Assembly (NCBI GenBank): GCA_016192685.1
Contig: JACPTS010000001.1
Location: 97,710-161,709 of the forward strand
Direction of reading: 5' to 3'
DNA: 64,000 nucleotides
Source: Candidatus Harrisonbacteria bacterium
Lineage (GTDB): Bacteria; Patescibacteriota; Minisyncoccia; UBA6257; 02-FULL-45-10c
Shown here: piece after piece, positions 9,747 through 19,000 of the stretch
How the letters are laid out: each line of letters starts with the position of its first letter
Numbering within the stretch: the stretch's first letter is position 1
Made by a program: the position numbers and the translations under genes
Notes under the pieces: generated by a model
What the model saw: the letters and a program-made list of their open reading frames with translations, nothing else
Told to the model about the DNA's origin: nothing
The model's database searches: none

Positions 9747-10388
9747 TTAATTAGGTAATGTCGAAGAATCAATATCACATTTATCGTTTGTTGATTCACT
9801 ATAACTTCCAAGGTTTTTAAGAAAATCTTTTCGCGCTCTATTTCGGACATCGGTATTCAATTGTTTATTTTTAACAAAATTAACGTATACATCAATTTTT
9901 TCTATATCAGAATAATTCCTTGAAGATTCGGGGCTTTTTCTGGGCACAAGTATATCCGCAAGACAAGTATCTGCTCTACTCTGCTCTGTCACTACTTCGG
10001 TTACTGTCTCTTTATTCACAAACGACTGCACTACTTCCATCTGCAACGCTAACGCGTATTGCAAAAGCACCGCGCGGGTTTTGGCGGAATTCGGATATTC
10101 TTTAAAAATCGCGAGCTCCACGTCATCACGAATACCGTTTTGGTTGGCATCAACGCCTTCAATGGTTGCGTCAGCAAGCGCGCCCGGATCTGGCGGCAAA
10201 TTAACACCCATCACATCATCCAGCGCAAGCTTGGTCGCGTGAATCTTTGCCACCTGTTCCTCGGTTTTTCTTAAATTATAAAAATGCGGAATCCGAATCA
10301 GCACCACCGCGACATAAAAAACAGCGACAATCGCCGCTCCCCACTTCAATATTTTTTTAAAAATACTCAAAAAATTCCGCGAAAACAT
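9747..10388 (-). CDS. Membrane-anchored hypothetical protein with PPDPG..GVDANQNGIRDDVE Ca-binding-like motif
   Basis: One N-terminal TM; DxNxNGxRDD loop; two Cys; ends 6 nt before the hydrolase start. Confidence 0.7.
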   Translation of the reverse strand: MFSRNFLSIFKKILKWGAAIVAVFYVAVVLIRIPHFYNLRKTEEQVAKIHATKLALDDVMGVNLPPDPGALADATIEGVDANQNGIRDDVELAIFKEYPNSAKTRAVLLQYALALQMEVVQSFVNKETVTEVVTEQSRADTCLADILVPRKSPESSRNYSDIEKIDVYVNFVKNKQLNTDVRNRARKDFLKNLGSYSESTNDKCDIDSSTLPN

Positions 10389-10398
10389 ATTGCTGACA

Positions 10399-10427
10399 AT
10401 TGTAATTCAACCTCAAAAATCCGTCAA
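10399..10427 (-). promoter_or_regulatory. Promoter of the partner-hydrolase operon
   Basis: TTGACG-17 nt-TACAAT, 10 nt before the ATG at 10388. Confidence 0.55.
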
Positions 10428-10440
10428 TAGCAATAGCAAA

Positions 10441-11364
10441 TTATTTATTTTTATTAAGGTGGTCGTAAATATTCAGCACGGCCTTAACGGCATCGCCGGC
10501 GGAAATGTTGTTTTGTTTATATAAAACATCGGACACGTCGCCGGCGGCCCAAATGCCGGAGAAAGAAGTCATTTGAGTTTTATGGTCAACAATAATCTGG
10601 CCGCGTTCATCAAGCTCCACTAAATCTTTCACTAAATCAGAGTTCGGGGCAGAACCGATTTCCACAAACACGCCATCTAATTTTAATTCTTCGGTTTGAT
10701 TTTTAGCTTTATCCAAATACCTTACGCCGGTGACCAGCTGCTCGCCTAAAATTTCCCGCACTTCTACTTGATATTTAATTTCTAATTTGGGATTAGCTTT
10801 TATTTCTTCCAAAGTAACCGGGTCGCCTTTCATGGCATCGCCGCGGACCAAGAGATAAATTTTATCGGCGTAAGCAAAAAGGTCGCGTACCGCCTCTAAA
10901 CCGGCATTTCCCGCCCCAACTACAGCAACAGTTTTGCCGCCGAAAAGCGGGGCGTCGCAGGTAGAACAATAAACCACACCCCTGCCGTTTAATTTGTCTT
11001 CTCCGGGAACACCGAGTTTTTTATGATGGCTGCCGGAGCAAACTAAAACCGTTTTGGCTTCAAAATTTTTTCCGCTTTCAGTAACTGCCTTAAAACTTTT
11101 GCCTTTTGACTTTTCCACTTTAGCAACAAAGTCGCCGTCTAAAATCTCAATCTCTTCCTGGGCGCGCAAATGCTCTTCCAGATTTTTTGCCAAATCAAAA
11201 CCGGAAATTGATTTGGCGCCAATCCAATTCTGAATATCGGCGGAAGCCAAAGACTGCCCGCCGAATTCTTTGGCTATCAAAAGAGTTTTAATTTTCTTGC
11301 GGGCGGCATAAACGCCGGCCGCCACGCCTGCCGGCCCGCCGCCTACTATAATAAGATCGTACAT
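10441..11364 (-). CDS. trxB: Thioredoxin-disulfide reductase (start probably the ATG at 11364, not 11391)
   Basis: GGGPAG, CSTCD redox motif, GAGNAG, AAGDV. Confidence 0.9.
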   Translation of the reverse strand: MYDLIIVGGGPAGVAAGVYAARKKIKTLLIAKEFGGQSLASADIQNWIGAKSISGFDLAKNLEEHLRAQEEIEILDGDFVAKVEKSKGKSFKAVTESGKNFEAKTVLVCSGSHHKKLGVPGEDKLNGRGVVYCSTCDAPLFGGKTVAVVGAGNAGLEAVRDLFAYADKIYLLVRGDAMKGDPVTLEEIKANPKLEIKYQVEVREILGEQLVTGVRYLDKAKNQTEELKLDGVFVEIGSAPNSDLVKDLVELDERGQIIVDHKTQMTSFSGIWAAGDVSDVLYKQNNISAGDAVKAVLNIYDHLNKNK

Positions 11365-11396
11365 AAGTCTAATAGGACTTAATAAGTCCAATAGGA
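11363..11396. repeat. Short direct plus inverted repeat in the grx-trxB spacer
   Basis: ATAAGTC(T/C)AATAGGA twice (11363-11377, 11382-11396); internal palindrome GGACTTA-A-TAAGTCC. Confidence 0.55.
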
Positions 11397-11406
11397 AGAG
11401 AAAGTT

Positions 11407-11643
11407 TTATTTCAGGCCAAGCGCTCTTTCCAATTCTGACCGATTAAAACCAACGTGAATTTCGCCGTTAATATCAATTACCGGAACGCCAAGCTGATGG
11501 GATTTCTGAACCATCTCTTCGCGCGCCGCATCATCTTCCGCCACATTATGTTCGGTATATTGAATATTATTTTTATGAAAAAACTCCTTTGCCATCCGGC
11601 AATAAACGCAAGTGGGAGTGGAATAAATAGTTACTTTAGACAT
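11407..11643 (-). CDS. Glutaredoxin-like (NrdH/YruB-type) redoxin
   Basis: YSTPTCVYC, GVPVI, GFN. Confidence 0.9.
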   Translation of the reverse strand: MSKVTIYSTPTCVYCRMAKEFFHKNNIQYTEHNVAEDDAAREEMVQKSHQLGVPVIDINGEIHVGFNRSELERALGLK

Positions 11644-11665
11644 AAACCTGCTTTACTAAATTATA

Positions 11666-12349
11666 TCACTTTGCCAATTCCTGCTCAATCGCGGCCTTAA
11701 ACTGATTATAAGGCAAAGCGCCTTCCAGTTTCCGGCCATTTACGAAAACCGTCGGGGTGGCTTGAACGCCGGCCTGTTGAGCGACATTATAATCATTTTC
11801 CACTTTTTTCGCGTATTTATTGCTATCCAAACAGGAAGCAAAGTCATTTTTATTCAAACCGATTTTATCAGCTAGCTTTAAGAAAGTTGTCCGGTTTAAA
11901 TTACCATTATATTCTTGGCCGTCCAAAATTTCTTCCTTAAAAATCTCATCATGATACAGCCAGAATTTTCCTTCATCTTTAGCGCACTCGGCGGCATTGG
12001 CGGCGGCCGCTGATTCCGGCCCAAGAAAAGCGAAGTGACGATAAACAAATTTAACCTTGCCGGCTTTCACGTAATCCTCCCGAATTTGCGGCTCGGATTG
12101 CGAGAAAAACCGGCCGCAAAAAGGGCATTGAAAATCGCTGTATTCAACTAATGTGACCGGAGCGGTTAATTCTCCTAAAACCACGTCATCCTTGGTCAAA
12201 TCCAATTCCTGGCCAGCCGCTTCTGAAATAGCCGCTAACTTATCATTCTGAACAGGTTGATTTTTAAGGCCGGTGCTATAAAGAACCGAACCGGCAATGA
12301 GAACGCCGGCAACTAATATGCTAACTGGCAAAAGATACTCCTGTTTCAT
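11666..12349 (-). CDS. Membrane-anchored DsbA-family thiol-disulfide oxidoreductase
   Basis: N-terminal TM; EYSDFQCPFC; GVQATPT cis-Pro loop. Confidence 0.9.
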   Translation of the reverse strand: MKQEYLLPVSILVAGVLIAGSVLYSTGLKNQPVQNDKLAAISEAAGQELDLTKDDVVLGELTAPVTLVEYSDFQCPFCGRFFSQSEPQIREDYVKAGKVKFVYRHFAFLGPESAAAANAAECAKDEGKFWLYHDEIFKEEILDGQEYNGNLNRTTFLKLADKIGLNKNDFASCLDSNKYAKKVENDYNVAQQAGVQATPTVFVNGRKLEGALPYNQFKAAIEQELAK

Positions 12350-12387
12350 AATTTAGGTTATATTATATATAACATTTTAACATATCT

Positions 12388-13731
12388 ATGGATAGCTTGT
12401 CCAAATTAAAACAGATTATTTTAGCCATTGGCGACGTAATTATTTTATACCTTGCCCTGACTTTGACGCTCTGGCTCCGCTACGGAAGCTTATTTTACGC
12501 AAAATTTTTTAACCAGCACATAGAACCATTCACGATAGTTTTTATAATTTGGATTGCTGTTTATTATATTGCCGGCCTTTATGACTTGCCGCTTCTTAAA
12601 AATAATCTGGAATTTAAGAAGAAATTTGGGGCAACCAATTTAATCAACACAGCCATTGCGGCGCTCTTTTTTTACGGCGTCCTTTCTTATTTTTCCATTT
12701 CCCCAAGAGCTAATCTCGCTATTTTTCTTTCAATCTTCGGTACGGCTGATTATCTCTGGCGCCATTTTTACAACTGGCTAATGGCTAAAACTGACCCGGA
12801 AAGCCGGCTGCTACTAGTCGGAGCAAATAAAACTGCCGAAGAAATTGCGGATTTTCTTGAAAAAAATCCCCAGCTTGGCTATCAGACAAATTATTGGATG
12901 AAAGAAGGTCTGGCGGATAAAGAATTCGCGCATCTGGCGCAAATTATCCTTGCCAATCGCATCAATATCATTGTTATTCCGGCTCACCTGAAAAAAGATT
13001 CCAAGGCCGCCAAAATAATTTATCAAACTCTCAGTCTGGGAGTGGAAGTAATTGATTTAGCCTCTCTTTACGAATCGCTCTTTCAAAAAGTGCCGCTGGC
13101 CGAGCTGGAAGAAGTCTGGTTTTTGGAAAATATCACGAAAAACCACAAAATTTATGAAATAATCAGCGGTCCGCTGGAATTTTTATTGGCGTTTTTCTTA
13201 ACCATATTGCTTTTGCCGCTGGCTATTTTAATCGCTATCTTAATCAAGATTACCTCCCCGGGATCAGCTTTCTTTACCCAGCGCCGGATCGGCAAAAATA
13301 ATAAGGAATTTACTATGTGGAAATTTAGGACTATGCGGGCGGATGCGGAAAAAGACGGGCCTAAATGGGCAAACTACCATAAGGATGACCGGGTGACAAA
13401 AATCGGAAAATTCCTGCGCTGGTCGCATTTGGATGAACTGCCGCAACTTTACAACATCCTTCGCGGCGAACTTTCTTTTGTCGGTCCCCGGCCGGAACAG
13501 CCGGAATTCGTAAAGAAACTCCGCCAAGAACTGCCTTACTACGACCTTCGGCATTTAACCAAGCCAGGCATCACCGGCTGGGCCCAAATCAATTACCGCT
13601 ACGCCGCCTCTACTGCCGACTCTTATCAAAAACTCCAATACGACATTTATTACATAAAAAATAACTCTCCGCTCATTGATTTTTTAATTATTTTAAAAAC
13701 CATTAAATTTTTGATTACTAATCACAGTTAA
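12388..13731 (+). CDS. Priming polyprenyl-phosphate glycosylphosphotransferase (WcaJ/WbaP-like)
   Basis: N-terminal TMs; KFRTM, DDRVT, LDELPQL, VGPRPE, KPGITGWAQI. Confidence 0.92.
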   Translation: MDSLSKLKQIILAIGDVIILYLALTLTLWLRYGSLFYAKFFNQHIEPFTIVFIIWIAVYYIAGLYDLPLLKNNLEFKKKFGATNLINTAIAALFFYGVLSYFSISPRANLAIFLSIFGTADYLWRHFYNWLMAKTDPESRLLLVGANKTAEEIADFLEKNPQLGYQTNYWMKEGLADKEFAHLAQIILANRINIIVIPAHLKKDSKAAKIIYQTLSLGVEVIDLASLYESLFQKVPLAELEEVWFLENITKNHKIYEIISGPLEFLLAFFLTILLLPLAILIAILIKITSPGSAFFTQRRIGKNNKEFTMWKFRTMRADAEKDGPKWANYHKDDRVTKIGKFLRWSHLDELPQLYNILRGELSFVGPRPEQPEFVKKLRQELPYYDLRHLTKPGITGWAQINYRYAASTADSYQKLQYDIYYIKNNSPLIDFLIILKTIKFLITNHS

Positions 13732-13734
13732 ATA

Positions 13735-13815
13735 ACACGAACGTCACGAACAAAATACTAACACCGCGAATAAATTAAGTTCGTGGTGTTCGCCTAAAAT
13801 TCGCATTGTTCGTAT
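13735..13815. repeat. CGAA/TTCG-periodic imperfect palindrome
   Basis: CGAA-like units mirrored by four TTCG units; core stem AACACCGCGAA (13760-13770) with TTCGTGGTGTT (13780-13790). Confidence 0.65.
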
Positions 13816-13826
13816 TATGTACGCTA

Positions 13827-15095
13827 ATGTTCCAAAAATTAAAATTTTTTCTTTTTGAAAATCAAGGCTTAAAGCAAAAAATCGCCAAGAATACTTTTTG
13901 GCTTTTTTTCGGCCAGATTTTCGGCCGATTAATCCGGGTGGCTATTGTTGTTTATGCCGCCAGAATCCTAGGGCCGGCCAGTTGGGGAGCTTTTTCTTAT
14001 GCCATGAGCTTTGCCGCTTTCATGTCCATTTTTTCCGATGTCGGCGTCAATGCTATTGTCACTAAAGAATCCAGCCGCAATCCAGAATTGGCTAATCATT
14101 ATTTTTCCACCGCGCTCGGCATAAAATTACTGCTATTAACAGCCGGAATGATCTTGGTGATTTTCGGGGCGCCGTTCATCACTAAAATTGAAGAAGCAAA
14201 AATCCTCCTGCCGATTATTGCTCTAGTGATTCTTTTTGACAGCCTGCGGAATTTCGGTTTTGCCATCAGCCGCGCTAAAGAAAAAATGGAGTTAGAGGGA
14301 TTGAATGAAATAATCACTAATTTTTTTATTTCTTCATTAGGATTTCTTGCGCTCCAAACCAGCAAATCCAGCTACGCCCTGACTATCGGCTATGCCATTG
14401 CCGTAGCCATCGGCTTTGGCTTGATTGCTTTTCAATTAAGACATTATTTCCGAAATTTTTTTAGCTATTTTGACTGGACGCTGATAAAACCAATACTCAA
14501 GACTGCCTGGCCATTTGCCCTTGCCAGCTCTTTGGGGGCAATCATGATCAATACAGACACCCTCATTCTCGGCTGGCTCAAAACTGCGGAGGCCGTCGGC
14601 TGGTATTCAGCGGCCCAACGGCCAGTCCAATTATTGTACGTGCTTCCAACTTTATTTGCCGTAAGCCTATTTCCAAACCTTAGCCGACTGGCTAAAAACG
14701 ATCCAAAACGCTTCAAGGCGGTGTTCCTCGGCTCTTTAAAAATTGCTCTTGCCGCTGCTTTACCGATTACTGTCGTTGGCATAATTTTTGGCCAAGAAAT
14801 CATCAATCTGCTTTTCGGATTAGAATACCAAAATGCTGTTCTGCCATTTCAAATCTTAATGGCGACAATTTTAATAATTTTTCCGTCGGCCATCGTTACT
14901 AACGCAAGCTTAGCTGCCGATCAGCAAAAAAATTTCATTATTTTCTCCCTGCTCGGCGCTTTCGGAAACGTCATTTTAGACATTATTTTAATCCCGAAAT
15001 ACGGCTTGGCTGGCTGTGCTGCCGCCACCGTCTTCACCCAAATCATCGCCAATTCTTTTATTTGGTATAAACTGAAACGGGAATTGAAACTTTAA
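13827..15095 (+). CDS. wzx: Wzx-type polysaccharide flippase (start probably the ATG at 13827)
   Basis: KNTFWL..ARILGP..G.FS..DVG, DTLILG..VGWYSAA, LIPKYGL.G.A; about 12 TM. Confidence 0.88.
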   Translation: MFQKLKFFLFENQGLKQKIAKNTFWLFFGQIFGRLIRVAIVVYAARILGPASWGAFSYAMSFAAFMSIFSDVGVNAIVTKESSRNPELANHYFSTALGIKLLLLTAGMILVIFGAPFITKIEEAKILLPIIALVILFDSLRNFGFAISRAKEKMELEGLNEIITNFFISSLGFLALQTSKSSYALTIGYAIAVAIGFGLIAFQLRHYFRNFFSYFDWTLIKPILKTAWPFALASSLGAIMINTDTLILGWLKTAEAVGWYSAAQRPVQLLYVLPTLFAVSLFPNLSRLAKNDPKRFKAVFLGSLKIALAAALPITVVGIIFGQEIINLLFGLEYQNAVLPFQILMATILIIFPSAIVTNASLAADQQKNFIIFSLLGAFGNVILDIILIPKYGLAGCAAATVFTQIIANSFIWYKLKRELKL

Positions 15096-15120
15096 ACTGC
15101 TGCTAGAGATTACAAATAGT

Positions 15121-16020
15121 ATGAAATCACCGGCGATTGGCATTCTAGGAGTAGGCTGGGTCGGCCAACAGCTTAAAAAATATTTTGAGGAATTAAAAGG
15201 ATATCAGGCCGGAAATAATCTTCTACTATACGATATCAAACCGGAAAAATGCGCCGGGAATATTAATAACGCCGAGATAATTTTTGTCACTCTTCCTACG
15301 CCGCGAAATCCCAAAGACGGTTCTTGCGATCTATCTATTATTGAAGGGGCGATTGCTAAAATCAGCGAGGAAAAAATAATTGTCCTAAAATCTACCGTAC
15401 CGCCAGGCACTACTGAAGCTTTTCAAGAAAAATATCCCCAGCATAAATTCTTATTTAATCCGGAATTTCTAACTGAAAGCCGCGCCTGGGAAGACATGAT
15501 TAGGCCGGATCGCCAAATTGTCGGCTTTACAGAAAAAAGTTTAGAAGCGGCGTATCTGGTATTGAGTCTTTTGCCTAAAGCTCCTTTTATGTCCCCCTGG
15601 GGATTAAATACTTATAGCCGTGTTCGAATTAACGCTACCGAAGCAGAATTAATAAAATATGCCGGCAACATCCATTTTGTCCGAAAAGTAAATTGGGCGA
15701 ATGCCCTTTCTAAAATATCGGAAAAAATAGGCGCGGATTATGAAAATGTGAGGCAAGGAATGGCGGCGGACCACCGGATCGGAGATTCTCATTTAGACGT
15801 GAATCATGGCGGTTATCGCGGCTGGGGCGGCGCTTGTTTCCCAAAAGATTTGGACGCTTTTATCCAATTTACTAAAAATGCTGGGGTTAACGAAGTTACT
15901 AATCTACTCCAAGAAGATCATGATTTTAATGAAAATTTATTGAAAACCCAGGGCTTAACTCTAGAAGAAGTCAGCCAGCATATTGACACTTTGGAAAAAA
16001 AATTAAAAAAGAAAAAATAA
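15121..16020 (+). CDS. UDP-glucose/GDP-mannose dehydrogenase family protein lacking the C-terminal UDP-binding domain
   Basis: GVGWVG, LPTP, KSTVPPGT, NPEFL, GGACFPKD; only 299 aa. Confidence 0.85.
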   Translation: MKSPAIGILGVGWVGQQLKKYFEELKGYQAGNNLLLYDIKPEKCAGNINNAEIIFVTLPTPRNPKDGSCDLSIIEGAIAKISEEKIIVLKSTVPPGTTEAFQEKYPQHKFLFNPEFLTESRAWEDMIRPDRQIVGFTEKSLEAAYLVLSLLPKAPFMSPWGLNTYSRVRINATEAELIKYAGNIHFVRKVNWANALSKISEKIGADYENVRQGMAADHRIGDSHLDVNHGGYRGWGGACFPKDLDAFIQFTKNAGVNEVTNLLQEDHDFNENLLKTQGLTLEEVSQHIDTLEKKLKKKK

Positions 16021-16049
16021 TCCCTCGATACATCGGGGGATTATTTTTT
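16012..16049. terminator. Bidirectional rho-independent terminator
   Basis: AAAAAATAATCCCTCGAT-AC-ATCGGGGGATTATTTTTT between convergent genes. Confidence 0.75.
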
Positions 16050-19000
16050 TACTGAGATTTAGTTCCGTAAACTTCTTCTAATTTAGCTCTAGTTTTAGGA
16101 CCTAAACGGCCGTTGCCCGGGTCATTGGCGTTTTGAATTACGCCATGTTTCAGCTGGAAGCGCCGGACTGCCCCTTCAGTTAATTTTCCATAAAAACCAG
16201 TAGCTAATCCTTCCGGATAAACTTCTTTATCAGAAGCCAGCAATTGCTGAACTCGCTTTACTTCATCATTGCGAGCGCCGCTTTGTAAATCTTGATTAAA
16301 GACCGGAGAAACTGCTTGGACGACCGGAGAAGGCTGGGCAACTGACGGTGCAGTTGGAACTGCTTTAGGCGCACCAAACACCTCCGCTAACTTCGCTCTA
16401 GTTTTTGGACCTAATCGGCCGGCACCCGGTTCATCTCCGCTTTTCACCACCCCATGCTTCAACTGGAATTTAAGCACAGCTTTTTGAGTAAGTGATCCGT
16501 AAAACCCGGTGGCTAATCCTTCCGGATAAACTTCTTTATCCGAAGCTAAGAGCTGCTGGACTCTTTTTACATCGTCATTGCGAGCGCCGCTTTGTAAATC
16601 TTGATTAAAGACCGGAGAAACTGCTTGGACGACCGGAGAAGGCTGGGCAACTGATGGAGCTTTCGGCACTGCTACTGGCGCTTGAGCAAGCGACGCAATT
16701 GGTGTTGGCGAAGTACCATAATTATAAGAAGCAAAACCTCCTCCGCCACCGCCTCCTCCGCCGCCAGCGCCGCCGCCGGAATCAGAAATTTGAACTTTTG
16801 CATTTACATCGCCGGAAGCAGTGGATTCAGATGTTCCGCTGGATTTATAAGCTGATACCTTATAAAAGAAAGTAGTTCCGTTAGTGGCGCTGGTGTCCGC
16901 GTAACTGGAAACATTACCAGCATCCGCCAAAAGCGCGAAACTGCCGCCAGAAGTAGTATCCCGATAAATATAGTAACCAGTGGCGCCGCTGACCGCTGTC
17001 CAGCTAACAGTGATAGTTTTGCTTCCGGCCGCGCCGGCGGCAGCCGCTACGCCAGAAGGAGTAGAAGGGGCATCACCATCTGTTGGACTGGAAAGAGCGT
17101 AATTAGAAAAGTGAGTGCCAAGGGCGGTAAAAGTTACCGTGGAAACATCAGAAAGATTTGAGGCAGGCGAAGCTACTACATTACTGGAAGAATCAAGATA
17201 AGTGGCAGTCGTGCTTAAAGATTCCCATTCTTTTTTATCTTCGCTATAAGATACCACTTTTAAATTAGCAACTTCGGTCGTAGTATCAATACCGCTGGAA
17301 GCTAATTCCGCTTTGGTATAAGTCAATTGAACAGTAGCGCTTTTGCCCGACTCTAAATTCTGTTTCTGCGAGCCGCCGGAAAACGCGTCAATATCTATGG
17401 CTTTGCTCGCAACAATATTAACGCTGACCGAATCCACATAATTACTGGTCTGTTTAGCAGTTAAATAAGAACTATTTCCGGAAGAACCAAGGGCATTGGT
17501 ATCCAAATCTACTTTTACATTTACCGTAGAATCGCTTAACGATCCGGCAGAACTATCCGTAAAAGTATTAGAAGTCGCAAGTTTAGATTGAAGCGAAGAA
17601 GTAGTAGTAAGAGCGATATTAATGCTGGATTGGGAAGCGCTGACAGTAAGCGGATTAGAGCTATAACCGGATTTAGAATAGCCGTCCGCTGCCGCAAATA
17701 CCCGCCAGGTGCCGCTAGTTACGTATAAAGTATAATTGCCGCTTGTATCCGTGGTAGTCACAGCTTGGCCGCCGCCAACTTTTTCCGCAAAGACAAAAGC
17801 GCCGCTGGCCGCTGATCCGCCGGTAGTCACTTGGCCGGCAATCGTAAGAGAAGCAGAAGTTAAAACAAAGTTCTGGGTGGTGGTGCCGGAAACCGTAACC
17901 GTGGTCGGCGAACCGATATAGCCAGGCTTGGAAACCAAAACTTTATAAGTGCCGTTAGCCGCTTTAATGCTGTAAGCGCCGGAGGTAGTAGCCGTAGTTC
18001 CAAAATGAACTCCATTGGATTCATCCACAAATTGGATCCAGGCATCGGTTAATTCATTGCCGGCAGTCGCGGCAGTGTGATAAACCGTTCCGGAAACCAA
18101 ACTAAGAGCCGCGGTATTGGTGTTAACGGTGATTTTCACGGTTTCAGTGCTGTTATCAATGGTTAAGGCGCCGGCCGAAGAAACAGAAGTGCCGGTGGAA
18201 TCAGAGCCAACGGAAACATTCGCCGGCGGCACTCCCTGAACAAAAGCGCGGATAATCGGCGTAGTGCCGGTAGCATACTGCAAAGAAGTAGTGGTGGCAT
18301 TACTAATTTCTATATAGGTGGATTGCTTGGTGGAGGTAGAAAATAATTCCACAAACGCTTTAGTAACCTGGAGGGCATTGCTGTTGGAATCTTTTACATT
18401 AATAACCACCGTATTTCTCTTGGGAATTTTTATGTAATTGTTGCTGGACGAAGCAGTGAGATTCAAAGTGCCAATGGCATTGCCGTTATTATTCAAAGCG
18501 GCAATTCGGCCATAACCGGGTTTAAAAATATCCGTAATAGTGTAGCCGCTTCCAGCCGGCACTCGGACGGAAAATTCTCCGTTAGAAGAAACTGCTTCAT
18601 TAACACCGCTCGCGCCGGACAAACGAATAATTGCTCCGCTAATGCCCTCGGTGCTGGTGGCAAAAGCGCTATTACTGTCCGCGTCTTCATAAATATAGCC
18701 GGAGTAAATACTGAAAGTCGCGGAAGAAGACGGCGCGAAATTAATATCCGATTGATTGGCTCCGCTAATTATGACAGTTTGCTCGCTCATTGGTCCGAAT
18801 CCCGGAATAAAAGCGCTGACTTTCCAAGTGCCATTATCAACATAAATCGTATAATTGCCGGTGGAAGAATCGGATAAAGCATCAACGTGTCCGGGAGCAT
18901 CAGTCCTGTAAGCAAACACTGAAGCGTTTCCAACCGCGTTAGTACCGTCCGTCACCTTGCCGGTAATCTTATAGCTTGGTTTAGCCATTTTCAAAGTAAA

